A DNA stretch of 64,000 nt from the human T2T-CHM13v2.0 reference genome, Homo sapiens, in assembly GCF_009914755.1 (NCBI RefSeq), contig NC_060934.1. One strand, given 5' to 3'. Below the pieces are notes generated by a model that saw only the letters and a list, made by a program, of their open reading frames with translations, was not told where the DNA came from and ran no database searches. Of the stretch, positions 12,380-26,381 are shown piece after piece. A program made the translations under genes and the position numbers. Each line of letters starts with the position of its first letter. The stretch's first letter is position 1.

Positions 12380-15010
12380 TTTGCGCAAAAAGCAGCCAGG
12401 GCGAGGAGCGCGCGGTGGCTGGGGGCAGCCGCCTTCTTGAGGGATGCAAGGATTTCCCGCAGTCCTCTTCCAGCCAGGAGGCCAGGGCCGGAGGTCAAGG
12501 AGTCTTAGGCGATTAGAGATTGAGGATCCATGCCCTCTGTCTCAGCTGCAGGGGACACATAGACCCCTCTCCAAAGTTAATTCCTGTGCCTTTGGCTGCG
12601 GAGGCGCAGGCGGTAATGACTCCGTGCGCACCGGCAGTGTTTGTGAAATGGCTCTTCCCGCAGACAGCAGAGTCTGTTCCTGCAGCTCCTGGTCATCCAC
12701 CGCCCCTAAGACCTCCAGGACTCCCGCACCCCTACACCTCCTGAGACCTAAGTTTGCCTGGAGGCTGAGGGGTCCCGGAGAGAGGCGGTAGCCAGACGCC
12801 TGGAGACCGCGGGCACATTGGAAAAGAAGGAAGGCAGCGGCCCGCCTTCCTGCCTTCTTGTCGGCGGGGGTAGTTTTAGCATTGCCTGGGGGCTCTTTGA
12901 GAATTGTGCAGGGAGGGAGGGGGGCCATGGGAAGCTGAATAGCTAATGGCTTGCCAGAGGAGGGGGATTCTTTCTCTCGCCTTCAGCTCAGCAGTGAAAG
13001 AGGGGAAGACAAAAATCTGGCGAGCGAGCTGCCCGGGCCGAGACTGGCCACTTCAAACAGCCCTTCAAACAAAAGGAGACGACGAAAAGAAAGCCCCACC
13101 TGTCTCCAGTGTTTGCTAAAATAATAATAAATAGATTTCGTTTAATAAATAATTACAAGAGATTGTAAAGTGGAGTGCTTTGGAAAACATCTACCGCGGG
13201 AGTCCGTGCAGCCAGCCGTCACCTGCTCCTAAGGCGAACAACTTTATTGTTAAGCCACCCCCCAACTAGTTCGCCCTGATAAACTCTCCCTCATTTTCAC
13301 AATGACTGTTTACTCATAGTTAGCACAATATTACCTTTGCCGTGATAAACCCGGAGGGGGGAGACCTGGCCCCTGGCCCCTGGACACACCTGTCCCAGAA
13401 GCTGACACATGGATTTGGCACCAAGCAGGCCTCCCCGCGGGGGCCCTGCCCCCGTGTACATTGGCCCAATTGCCACTCATTTATAACAGGTTGGCTGCAA
13501 GGCCTATCTCGGTCCTATTTGTCTTCTTTTATTGAAAGCATATGGTCTCCAGGGGCTCACCAGACCCATATTTCATCTGCCAGGAGCTGGAGCGCTTCCG
13601 CAGGCTGGTGCTGCCCAGCGCGCAGCTCCCCACCCAACGGCTGCTGCGCCAGCTGAGGGGATGGTGGAGGCAGGGTGGGGAGAGATAAGACGGGCTCCTC
13701 ACCCACTTTCGGAGAGAAGCCGTTCCCTCAGAGACTCCCCCTCCCCAGGCTCAGGGACCTCGTGCGCTCTTGAAAGGGTGGCCGGTTCTTTTTCTTGGGT
13801 AGGTGACAGGGCGCCATATGCCACCCCCCAGGGCGCACACGGGAGCTCCGGCCCAGGGAGTCTTCGAACAAAGGGAAGAGAGGGCCCGGGCGCTCAGGAG
13901 AGCCGGAGGTCTTTATTTCCAGATCCCCCCTCCCTGCTCAGGGCCGCCTCCCCTAGGCGTCCGCAGCTCGCGCGCGGCGCCTGGAAACAAAGTGTCCACA
14001 TTATCCTCGCCGGCGGCTGAGACCGTCAATGCGTGAAAAGGTGCATTGCGCACCAAGACACCTGTTGAAGCGGCTCCTCTTCTCAGCGCCCCTCTCTGCT
14101 CTGCGCTCGGTCAGGAGCCGCGCAGGGAGCGGGGGGTGGGAGGAGGGAGAGACACTGTGATTTGTGGCGACATATGTTGAGCAGATCGTTGTGTACTCTT
14201 CACAGGGACACATGCACCCTCGCTCCCATACACACCCCGCGAGAAGGAGCAGCTGCTCTCCTCACCTTCTCCCAACATAATACCTGGGCCAGGCGCTTTG
14301 GCCTCGCCTTTTGAGAGTTTAGCTCTCCTCCACCCCCCACCCCCCGTCTTCCACCCCCACCTACCGCCCCAATCTTAGCAGCTTCGCTGTAGGACTTTAT
14401 TGTCAAATTTAACACATGCACATTTGTTCCCAGCGCTTGGCCCCAAATACACACACACGTACAAACACGCAGGCATCCACAGAAAACGCGACTGGTGACA
14501 CAGATGCGGAGCGCGAGATGCCCATATGTCCGGCTCTGCGCCCATCCCGGCTGGGGAAACGAATAGGCTGTGTGATTTTCCCTCCCCAGGAAGAAATAAA
14601 CAACGGAACCCGGCGGGGGAGGGGAGGCCACCTCCAGGCGGCTCCAGTTTGGAGCTCTTGCCCTTTGGCGCGTTGCGCCACCTCACAGTGCTGGCAGCCA
14701 GGAGAGCGCAGGGCAGCGGAGGAAGAGCGCGGCTTGCCAAAAGGCGGCTGGGACAGGGGCCGCTGGACGGAGCGGAGAGGGTTGGAAAGTCTGGGGGTGC
14801 TCGCTGGGCATCGCCTGACCCCTGGGCTCTTGAACTCTCGGATGGTGAAGACTCTCCCGTCCTCCTGGGATTCCCAGGAGTTGGCGTCCACCTGAGGCGC
14901 ACTAGGGGCGGGCGGGTACACCGGGAGGATTCTGCTTGGCAGCTTCTCCAGCCTGCTTGTCTCCTTAGCAGGTTGCATGCACGTTTCCAGATGCGAGCCT
15001 CGGTGACAAA
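12380..15010. other. Upstream CpG-rich regulatory domain
   Basis: High CpG density, no interspersed repeats recognised. Confidence 0.7.
13040..13550. promoter_or_regulatory. NEUROG3 upstream enhancer (about -3.6 to -4.1 kb), endoderm transcription-factor motif cluster
   Basis: FOXA TGTTTGC 13110-13116 and TGTTTAC 13307-13313; ONECUT-like and HNF1-like AT block 13125-13156; GATA TGATAA 13277-13282; SOX ACAAT/ATTGT sites. The distance matches the known HNF1/HNF3/HNF6 cluster of human NEUROG3. Confidence 0.8.
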
Positions 15011-15289
15011 ACTTGATGGGAAGAGCAGCAGATGTGCGTGAGGATTGGGGGTGGGGTGGGGGAGGCAGCCTGGCTCTGCGGCTACTCCTGTGTCACTGAA
15101 AGCATATCTTTCCTCTGGGCCTGTTTCTCCTCTGTTAAAGGAGAGATCTGTGAGGGAAATATTCGGTAAATTCCTCTTCGACTTTGCAAAATTTGGAAAT
15201 TTTAGATGTCAATGGGCCTTCTGCTGTGAATGGAGGAAACCCAGAGAGAGTGTCACTCCCCTCCCCCAAATAACACATACACATACACA

Positions 15290-15290
<1 letters not shown>

Positions 15291-15340
<50 letters not shown>
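15291..15340. repeat. (AC)25 microsatellite
   Basis: Read directly from the sequence. Confidence 0.97.
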
Positions 15341-15345
<5 letters not shown>

Positions 15346-16292
15346 TTCCTTGGGTCTGAGTTTCTGGCCGATTGGCCTTTCACCAGCAATTGAAGGGCTG
15401 GGGGCAATGATGGTAGTGGGGAAAGATAGGTTTGGCACTGGGAGTTCAGAAAGCCATCCTCTGCTGCCTCCATCTTTTAACTCTTGGTGCAGAGCAACTC
15501 TTGGGCCATTGTGACACTCAGCAACAGGTCAGGCATGCTTGCTGACAGCAGGCTTTCAGACCTTCCTGTCTTCAGGTGCTGGGATAGAGCTGGGAGCTGG
15601 TTTGCGGGTGTGTGGCTACTGAGCTCCTTTCTCCTCCAAGCCTGTTTCTGGAAAAACCGAAAGTGTGCCCCACCCACCATCTGTGCGAACTTGGATGCTC
15701 TTCTCATTCCCTAAATAGGGGCAGCCTCCCTCAGCCATACACATATTGTTTTTACTTTCTGTGTGTGAATTGATTTCACTAAATGCAGTACTTACGTTCC
15801 CCATATCCACCGGCCTAGGGCAGGGGACATTCTCCTTTGGGAATTCCTCTGTAGAAGTCAGGCTTGAGATGGCAGATGAGCTCTCTGCCTGGCCGGTCCT
15901 CTTTTCCCCAACCCTGGTGCCTCCTCCGACGCCCATGGTGATTCTCTTTAGGCAGCAGCAGTAAGAACCAAAGGGTTTCTGAATTGCTGGTTTGGGGTAA
16001 GAGTGGGAGGAATCTATCCACCTCAGTTCTTTAGGTCACCATGGATGAGATACTCACCCACACCTCCAGCTCCAGTTATCAGGTTGGGAAGGCAGGAAGG
16101 GGACAGGGGTGGTAGGTGAGGAGAGTCCAGAATTATTTCTAGATTAACGCAGTGGAAAGGCAATAGAATGCGAGGCAGTGCCGTTTTCCATGCAGTACTT
16201 AGTTAACTCATGTTCATGCAGAATTTTGAAGGTGGTGCATCACCCTCTCACACACTCACATAATCTGCAAGGGAGACAGAAAGATATTTTTA

Positions 16293-16990
16293 TTGTTTAT
16301 TTTGTGTATTTAGTTTTTCTTTCCAAGTTTTATTTTAGGCTCAAGGGGTACATGTGCAGGTTTGTTACATGGGTAAATTGTGTGTCTCAGAGGCTTGGTG
16401 TACAGATTACTTTGTCACCCAGGTAATCAGCGTAATACCTAAGAGGTAGTTTTTCAATCTTCATCCTCTCCCCAACCTCCACCCTCAAATAAGGCCCAGT
16501 GCCTATTGTTCCCTTCCTTGTGTCCATGTGTACTCAATGTTTAGCTCCCACTTAAAAGTAAGGACATGCAGTATTTGGTTTTCTGTTCCTACATTAATTT
16601 GCTTAGGACAATGGCCTCCAGCTCCATCCATGTTCCTGCAAAAGGCATGATGTCATTTTTTATAGCTGCGTAGTATTCCATGGTGTATATGTACCACATT
16701 TTCTTTATCTAGTCCACCGTTGAGGGGCACTTAGGTTGATTCTATGTCTTTGCTATTGTGCATAGTGCTGCGATGAACATATGTGTGTGCCTTTATGGTA
16801 GAATGACTTGTATTGCTTTGGGTACACACCTCGTAATGGGACAGCTGGGTCAAATGGTAGTTCTGTTGTAAGTTCTTTGAGAACTCTCCAGACTGCTTTC
16901 CACAGCAGTGGAACTAATTTACATTGCTACCAGCAGTGTGTGAGCTTTCTTTTCTCTGTGACCTTGCCAGTATCTGTTATTTTTTTGACT
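16293..16990 (-). mobile_element. 5'-truncated L1 3' end (old L1PA/L1PB-type)
   Basis: Typical reverse L1 3'UTR (gggtacatgtgcaggtttgttacatgggtaa...tagtattccatggtgtatatgtaccacattttc) with a flanking TSD. Confidence 0.85.
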
Positions 16991-17006
16991 CAGAAAGGGA
17001 TTTTTA

Positions 17007-17297
<291 letters not shown>

Positions 17298-18178
17298 AGA
17301 AAGGGATTTTTAAATTTCCATTTTCTACCAGAGCACACTGAGGCTCAAGTTCACAGAGCCACGACTGAAACTCAGCTTCCATTGTGTCCACTCCAGCTAG
17401 CTGGCAGAGAATCTTCCTTTTGTCATCCTGCTGCCCCCCTACCCACTGCCCACACTCCAGATTTATGCTCTGTCACCCTTTGGAGCTCTTCAGAGGTGGG
17501 CTAGTCCCAGTAGGGCTTCGCGGGGGGCAAGGAACTAAAGGGTTTGGGAGCAATAAATAACAGAGACTTTTCCTTTCTCTCCCTGTGGTGTCCTCACCTC
17601 CCCTTACTCTCTGCCAGTGCTGAAGGGGCAGGGCCAGCCTTGCATGACGTAGAGAGTGAGGTAAAAATTTTAGTGAGAGTTATTACATTTTGTGCCCTGT
17701 GCACCCCATCTGCCCCACTCCAGTCTCATCCCTGCTGTGGGTACAATAAGCCTCATGTTCCTCCTTCTTTAAACTTTCAAGCAAGTGGTCCCAACTTTTT
17801 TGATTATGTAGCCCTATCAGAATACTATTTTGGGCACACTCTTCAAAATATGTTAGCTATTCATGATTCTTGCTATATTTAATGTACAATATAAAACATA
17901 TGCAAAGTTTGATTTATTTATAAATTACAGATGTACTTCTGTGCCAGGAAATATGAAGTAGTGGAGAAGAGGATGGGGTTTTGACCCAGACAGCCTGGGT
18001 TCCAATTTGGACTCTCCACCTAGTAGCTGCATAACCTTGGTCTGTTGGCTCAGGCTCTCTGAGGCACCTTCATTTTTTCACCTATAAAAGGGGTCAGTTT
18101 AATAGGTACCTACCTCTAGGCCTTAAATGACCTAATTTGTGTAAAGTGATCAGCAACAGCAGGTAGTGTGTTCAATCA

Positions 18179-18697
<519 letters not shown>

Positions 18698-19819
18698 TTA
18701 TGACGTAGGTTTATATTTGGGTGGCATTTTCTCACCCTTTTGTTTCTTATCAAATCAGTGAGGTAGCGTCATGAGAGATCAGCCTCCCATTTTGCAGATG
18801 AGGAAACTGAGGCTTCAGAGGGGTGATGTGACTCACCCAGGGGCACTCGTTTGTATAATATCATGGAGTGGGAATAAGAATAGGTCTTCTGACCTCAAGT
18901 CAACCCTGGCTCTGTGTTACACTGTGGGTCCCACTTGTGAGCTTGTTGGAAAGCCAACCCAATGTAGCCTCCTTGCTGAACAACTACTAAAGAAGGAGGT
19001 GCAGGCCTTATGAATGAGGCCAGCTGGTGGTGTGTGCCCGTGGCTCAGTCACTCTTTTCCACCAGAAACCAGAGCAGGCTTGGAGGCTCCCTGGCATGCG
19101 ACCTTCTTTGGTGGGTGGGGTACACTTTGCAGACGCTAGTGCAGAAGGCAGCACTGTTTTGCAGAGCTTCAAGTCTGCACAGGAAACTACAAATCAAATT
19201 CCTGTCAATACAATTGCCCAGACACCAAGATGGCCCAAGTCAATTAGGCACACCTTACCTCTGTCCCATAAATGTTTATGAAGGATCATTATGACAGTGT
19301 GGTGGCCAGCTGTTCCTCTTAGAGATTAGACCCAGGGGAAGTGGTTTGAATTAGAAAAGCAGGGATTTGGGCTATTTATGACCATGTCTTTCCTAGCAGA
19401 TAAACACTGAGAATCCTCTTCGGATGAAATTGAATCCTCTCTGTAAGGACCTCCTATTATCTGGCCTGGAGCAGCTGTACAGCCTGCACAGGAGGGCCTG
19501 TCTTCTCCCATGACTTCATCCCCAAGAAGTATAGAAACCTTGTGTGCATGCAAGCCCAGAGTAGGCCCTCTTGTAACCCAGAAGTCTGAAAATTTAAGAA
19601 ATGCCCCCAGTGACTTTGATATGAAGGCAGAGTTGAGGCCAGGCCGTAGATGAGTAGATTACAAACATTTGATAGAGTTGCTACAGGCAAAGCTGCAGGA
19701 ACCAAGTCTGGCAGGAAGAGTACTACTGGGGCTCTTGATCCTAACTCTAGCTCCATGGAACTGGAGACTGTTTCTCTGTTAAGTGAAGAGGCAGCATAAG
19801 GAGTGACCAACAGCACCAA

Positions 19820-21440
19820 CTCCAATCAGGCAGGTGGGTTTGAATCCAGGCTATGTATGAATCTTATTCTCTTGTGATGTTGGACAAATTACTTAATTTC
19901 TCTGGCCTCACTTCCTTTATTAATAACATGGAGAAAATAATAGTACTAATTCCTAGGGTTGTTCTAGGATTAAATGAGCTAATACATGAATAACACTTAG
20001 AATGATGCTTAGCTCATGGGAAGGGCAATGCTTTATTGAGGGTTACCATGTGCTGGCTACTGGGTCAGTGATAGGAATGAGCAAAACATCCATAGTCCCT
20101 TACAGGGCAACAATTAGTCTGCTTGTGGAGTCAGACATTAACAAAGCAATCATACACGTAGATGATGATACTCTGATGACAGCTATGAGTGAAAAGCTTT
20201 AGGGTGCAATGAGACCTTACAGTAGGAGGATGCAGGGGTCAGGAAAGGTGCTTTAGAAAGGGGATTAACCTACATAAACGCCTGAAGCAGGAAGGATCAT
20301 GGCACATTTGGTAAACTAAAGTGGCTTTGTGTAGGGAGCATGGAGAACAAGAGAGAGAGGTTCACGATGAAGCTGGATACGCTGGTAGCACTGGGTCCTG
20401 CAGAGTTTTGTGAGTATTTACTCTGAGAGAAACAGGAACATGATGTGGTTTTGAGCTGGGGATGACATGTTCATAATGAACATTTATGAAGAGACCAGTG
20501 TGTATGTGAAGAGCAGGTTGGCATGAACAGAGGGGAAGCCAAAAGGCGTAGCTACCCAGGTGAGAGAGGATGGGGCCTGACCAGGGTAAGGACAATGGGA
20601 ATGGAGTGAAGTGGGTGGATTTATGTGCAAGAGGGAGAGTGGGCAGGTCTGGTGATAGAATACGAGGCATTAGGGAGGGAATAGTACAAATGGCGCCTGT
20701 GGAGGCTAAGGCAACTTCATCTTGGATGCTAATCCACCATGCTGATTTCTGATTAATCCCAGTTCTGGGAATGCCTCTAAGATTTCTACTTTCACATGCT
20801 TACTGTAAATCCTGCTCTTAGGTCAAAACAACCTTGATATTATGATAAGCAGATACTCTCCATAAATTCTGCCCTTAGGCAAATTCCGTGTGGTATATAA
20901 ACCCTGGTCTGGGATAACAGTGCAGGGATCTACCATCTCATCTCATGGCTGGCCAAGATGGGCTTCTGTTCATAAGTACCCATTAAATGTTTCTGAGAAA
21001 CTGGATCTGTCAGCTTCTTTCTTTGGTCCCTCAGCTTCCTCAGCCTTTGGGGGTAGGTTTGCGTGGACCTGCTCACTGCAGATCAGTGCCTTTCAGTGAG
21101 ATGGAGGTCTCTGGAAGACACATGTTTGGCACCTTTGAGACATTCAAGTGGAGATTTTGAGTGGACTGTTGGCTACACAGTTCTTGGTGGAGGTCTGGGC
21201 TGAGGACGTACATTTGTGAGTCATTTGGGTATTGTCAGTGTTTGGGTGTAGATGAGATGGCTTACGCAAAGAGCATGGAGTGAAACAAGAAGGGCCTAGG
21301 AATGAGTCTCAGGTACTCCATCCTCTAAAGGCAGAAGACAGGAGTAGGAGCTGGGTAAGGAGACTAAGAGGGAGTGGACAGAAAGGGAGGAGGACAACCA
21401 GGGGGCTATGCTGCCCCAAAGGCCAAGGGAAGGATCCCTT
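19820..21440. mobile_element. MIR and L2 remnants, interrupted by an LTR
   Basis: MIR core (ttggacaaattacttaatttctctggcctca) and an L2-like purine-rich stretch. Confidence 0.5.
20698..21085 (+). mobile_element. Solo LTR (LTR47-like; subfamily tentative)
   Basis: TG...CA ends, 5-bp TSD gcgcc/gtgcc, TATATAAA at ~20894, ATTAAA at ~20982. Confidence 0.7.
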
Positions 21441-21899
21441 AATTCTACCTGGAGCAAGTTTTCATGTACAAACGAGCTTGAAAGAGAGTTGAATATTTCA
21501 TATAGGTGTAAGAAAGCCTTGGCATTACAAATGTGTTGCTGAATACATGTTCTAAAAGCAGTAGAGGGCTCTGCAAATGTATGAGATGTAGACTACTACA
21601 TACCTGGGGTTGGGGGTGAGAACCTAAAGTTCAAGGCAGGGAGACTATATCAAATTCATCCTTGAATTTGTTTTTTAGTTTGTCCTTAATGGTCCATTCT
21701 TTATGCCCTAGGGGATACCACAAGGGTATTAAAGTATGGAAAGAGCAGATAAGAGGAAAAATTGAAGACAGGAGGCGATGGTCCTGAAATATTAAAATAT
21801 GAAGTTGGCTGCAATGCTGTGTCTTAGGGAAAAAGCTGTCTCCACTTTTGCAGAGGCCTTCCTAGGCATCCCAGCTCCAACATGAATCTTCTGTCTTAG

Positions 21900-22873
21900 A
21901 ATACTCACACTGCATTGTGTGGGATCAAGGGGCCCATTTCACAGTAAAGGAGGTAAGGAAGTAGACACAGGATCATGGGATCTACTGGTCATTTCACATA
22001 TGGCACTGTTAAGAAATTGCTGGCCTGACAGAGCCTTGGAATGATTGAAGGTACCACTGAGTCAGAAAGGATCTTCCAGAATACTTTATAGACTCTAAAT
22101 CAACACACTTTATATGGCATTGTGTACTCAGTAGAGTAGAACACCTAAGTCCAGCAATCAAAAGTTTGGAAGTCCGAGTAGCTCCCTTTTCCATCACTGA
22201 GTCTTAATGACCTTCTTGGGGAATTTGGCTGCCTGTCTCCACCACTCTGGGCATGGAGACTCTATGATTCCAAAGGGGCAATGCTCTACCAAAAGATAAA
22301 GCCAGAGGCAGATGTCCACTGAACTACAAGTTAAGGCTGTAATATTAGTAGGTCAAGCTCTCTGAAGCAAGAAGTTGAGTCACTATCTTGGCATAAGTAA
22401 TTGATCTTGATCCCCAGAATGGTGTAGGACTGCTGCTACACAGTGTAGGCAGGGAGTAGTACTAGGTTTTCTACCCAGATGACCCACCTGGGAGCATCAT
22501 AGAACTCCCTTGCCCAATTTTGGTGGTAAATAAACTAGTGCAATGGCCACAGGTGAGTATAGCATAGTGATGACAGCTCAGACTTCCCAGGGATGAGGAT
22601 TTGGGTCATGCCATCAGATAAGCCACTATGACCAGCAAAGATGCTATCCATGGGTGAAGGAAATCTAGAATGGATAGAAAAAGAGAGAGAGATTATGTGT
22701 GTTGGTTGGGGTCTGAGACCAAACACAGCAGGGAGTATTGTTTTCTTCTAGGTGGTGCCTTCATTTTCCAAGTTTTTCCCCCGGAAAGAAAGCCTTCCAG
22801 AATTCTAGAGAAATTGCACTCTGAAATTATACAAAGACTTGAATCCAAGATTTGAGTGCACAAGGGGGAGGAC
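21900..22873 (+). mobile_element. ERVL-class (HERV16/ERV3-16A3-like) internal 3' remnant ending in a polypurine tract
   Basis: Degenerate ERVL pol-end-like sequence; aagggggaggac immediately precedes the LTR TG. Confidence 0.55.
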
Positions 22874-23695
22874 TGTAGTGGATGCTGTGATGTTCCACCC
22901 TTCATTTGGTAATGAAGGACTTACTTCTTGATATGGTTTTGCTGTGTCCCCACACAAAATCTCATCTTGAATTGTAATCCCCCAAATCTCCATAATCTCC
23001 ACATATGAAAGGAGAGAACATGTAGAGGTAATTGCATGGGGGGTGATGGTTTCCCTCATGCTGTTCTCATGATAGTGAGTGAATTCTCATGAGATCTGAT
23101 GGTTTTATAAGTGTTTGGTAATTCCTCTTGCATTCATTCTCCCTCCTGCCGCCTTGTGAAGAAGGTGCCTTGCTTCCCCTTCACCTTCTGCCATGATTGT
23201 AAGTTTCCTGAGGCCTCCCCAGCCATTTGGAACTGTGGGTCAATTAAACATTTTCCTTTCTAAATTACCTTGTCTCAAGCAGTTCTTTATAGCAGTGTGA
23301 AAACAGACTAATACACTCCCTCAGATGTGAGGAGTGCCTTCAGCTCTCAGTCCTCTTCAGAAGTGGCCTTACCCTAATATAGTTGCCTGACTCAAGGTCA
23401 TGCCCCTTTCTTGGGGCAGCCTGCATATGACTACTAGTCAACGTAGGGTATACAATTTCATCCCTGTCACTCCAACTTGGAATAACATCAAGGGCCATCC
23501 TAGCTTCAAAGCTCCCCTCCAGTAAACTGAGTCCTCTGTTGAGACAACATCTCAGTCCAACTTCTCCCTCTTCCCAGTCCTGCTTTCTTTCTTTCCTTTA
23601 CCACTTGTAGGTGTTGATCCTAAGAGAACTCTCTCCTAAACTTCCTGCACAGTAATCTCTACCTCAGTTTGCTTGCTGGGGAAATTGACTTGAGA
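22874..23695 (+). mobile_element. LTR16-type ERVL LTR, split by a THE1 insertion
   Basis: tgtagtggatgctgtg start; LTR16-like 3' portion (taggtgttgatcctaagagaactctc...aaacttcctgcac). Confidence 0.6.
22929..23315 (+). mobile_element. THE1 (THE1D-like) MaLR solo LTR
   Basis: tgatatggtttt...gactaataca termini with a typical THE1 body. Confidence 0.88.
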
Positions 23696-23959
23696 AGTTG
23701 CTTTACAGATTTAGTGTTTTGGAGATAATAATGGAACCACAGAGCTCTTAGAGCTGGAAGAAATCATAAGAATTATCTAGTAATGGCTCAACCATCCGTC
23801 TTATAAAGGAAGACCCCAAAATTCAAGATAGGACTGCAACTTTCCCAAAGTTAGAGGCTAGGTCTAATCACTCCCTACTAATCACTAGGCTTAGGTTGTG
23901 CATGGGTTGGTTTACTGCTTTAACCTACTATGACTCCTTTGAAATCTTGGTTTAATACA

Positions 23960-24153
23960 TGAGCCAGGAAACCATGGCCTAGCAACTGTTTTCCTATAGA
24001 AAGTTTTATTGAAATACAACTATGCCCATTCATTTAGGATCTATGATAAAAGAGTTCAGTAGTCACACCAGAGAGACCATATGACCCCTGGTACTCTGGT
24101 ACTTGACATATCTACCAATTCACACTTTATAAAAAAAAGTTTCCTGACCACTG
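23960..24153. mobile_element. MER58-like hAT DNA transposon fragment
   Basis: aaagttttattgaaatacaactatgcccattcatt...aaaaagtttcctgaccactg. Confidence 0.5.
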
Positions 24154-25558
24154 TTCTAACAGATGAATTGGTCAAGGTCCAATAAAGACAACAGAAAGTA
24201 CTCTAGGTACTTCAGCTGAAAGAATTTAACATGGGGAATTGGTCAAGCAGGTGTTGGAAGTTGGAAAAAGCAAAAGGGTTACACCAAGGAGACACAGAGT
24301 AATAACTACAGAAAGCAGTTGCAACCTCTAAGCTGGGGGAACAAAGGGAAGGTTCGGACTATTAGAACCTAGAATCTTGGAGCTTCTGTGAAGCCAGAGC
24401 TCAGACCCTTGATGAGGTCATTGTCAGCTCATGCTGATGCCAATAAGGGGGTTCGATGAGGCTGGTGCTGAGGTTGCCAAAGGAAGTGGGAAACTTCTTA
24501 TCTAGAATAAATTTCTGGCCATGCTGACAGGAAATACCAGCAAACAGAGAAGAGCAAGTCCCTTCTCACCTCTTCCTGCCTTCCAGTCTCCCTCTAGTGT
24601 CCCCTATATGGTCAAAACTTTACAGGAAGTTAGCAGGCAAAGCAATTAGCAAAACGAAGGCTGGGGTTTGCACGGCCAGTCCCAGCAGAGCAGAGTATAG
24701 AAGGAGCTGAGGAACAAAAGTGCAATTACCTGTCCCATGGGCAAGATTAACATTAGAGCCATCAGTTAGTTGATGTCTCAAGCTTTTCCCAGGACTGGCA
24801 TTGAAGAAGCAGGAGCAGAGTCCCCGGAAAGATAAGTCTATGCCCTGTAGATTTGTTCTGCACAGGCCCTAGATGTTCTCTCCTATTTGGGGGTGAGTTC
24901 CAGGAAAAATAGCCTAATGATCGTAATTGAGTCAAGGAAGTGCTTTGGGCCTGTTAGGACAAGCCTATGTCCTAGTAGAGAAACATTCTCTTCCACTCCA
25001 GGAGAAGTCTTGCTAGATGCATCTGCTTTCTTTATAGCTCAGATTAGTCTTATAAGTGAGTCTTGTTAGCTCTGATTTGTCTGACTGGGGTTGTGTGACC
25101 ATCTCTGAATCAATCTCTAGGGCAGAGGAATGAGATGCTTTGAAGGCTCAGCCTGGGTCTGATGCTCTGTCCCTAAAATACTTTGTATGAGGGTGGGGGT
25201 GGTGGTAGAAAATGAGGGGTCCATTTCACCTGAACTTCATGGACTCATAATGGGGAAGGAGTGCCCCTAAAATCAAATCACAAATGTCCTCTGCCAGAGG
25301 GGATTGCCTGTGGCCTAATGGAGGTGTGAACATCATGTGGTGAGAACCCAGTGAGGACCAGGCTGGGAAGACAGCTCAGATCACAAGTTCTGCTGGCAGC
25401 TGGGCAGCTGGCAGCATGTGGGTTATAATAGGATGCAGCCAGAAAGTCCAGGTGGGCCTGGCTGACCCAGAGTTCAGACAGACTCACAATGGTAAAGCAG
25501 CTAATTGGGCAATTTGAATGTCATGCAAAATTTAGGAATTGGGGTGGAGCTAGGTGGC

Positions 25559-25561
<3 letters not shown>

Positions 25562-25609
<48 letters not shown>
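25562..25609. repeat. (GT)24 microsatellite
   Basis: Read directly from the sequence. Confidence 0.97.
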
Positions 25610-25615
<6 letters not shown>

Positions 25616-25902
25616 CAGAGACTAGAGCTGAGACGGAGTCAGGAGTGGAGGAGCAAGACAGGATCCCAGTCTTCAGGATGACTTTGTGGAAAGGTGAACC
25701 CCAGCATGGTACAAGGGGAAGGGATGCTGACCTGGGAGCCCAGATGTCAGACTTGAATACACTTGGTGAATCAGCTGGTGGCCATTTGAAGAAGGATTAT
25801 AGGATGAGGAAGAGGAGCCAGACTAGGAGCAGAAGGCCCTCCAGAATTGGGGTAGAAAGAAAACACGGCTGGATTTTCAAGAGCTGCGCTGGGTGTGCTG
25901 TA

Positions 25903-26381
25903 ATGTAAGTGGCCAGCTGTAATGTTGGCTGTTAACTGTACAGCTAGCGCTATTGGTTGAATAAAAAGACGAATAGTTTCAATGATTACTAATATAGGGA
26001 TAAGTGGGACAGGTGTGCTTTGTGGTAGGAAGTGGGCTAAGGAAGGCTTAGTTTTAAAGTGAAAGCCAGTAATTACTGCTCCTGCCCACAGAAGGATAAC
26101 TATTCCTAAATTTATTGACAGTTGAATAGGGGTAGAAGACCTAGAAGGTTAGTTGAGCCAATAAAAATAATAAGGGAAATTAATATGAGGGATCAGGTTC
26201 ATCCCTTGATATTATGTATTGTTATTATTTGTTTCAATACAAGTTGAAACAGTCACTGTTGAATGGAAGTCAGTCGAGTTTTTACTAAGCAGTTGGGGAT
26301 GGGGAATAAAATAATTAAGGTCACTGTGGGTAGGCCTAGTATTGTTGGGGTAATGAAAGAAGTGAATACAGTTTCATTCAT
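25903..26381 (-). pseudogene. ATP6 NUMT pseudogene, 3'-truncated
   Basis: ATGAATGAAACTGTATTC start; ...CAACCAATAGCGCTAGCTGTACAGTTAACAGCCAACATTACAGCTGGCCAC near the break. Confidence 0.92.
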
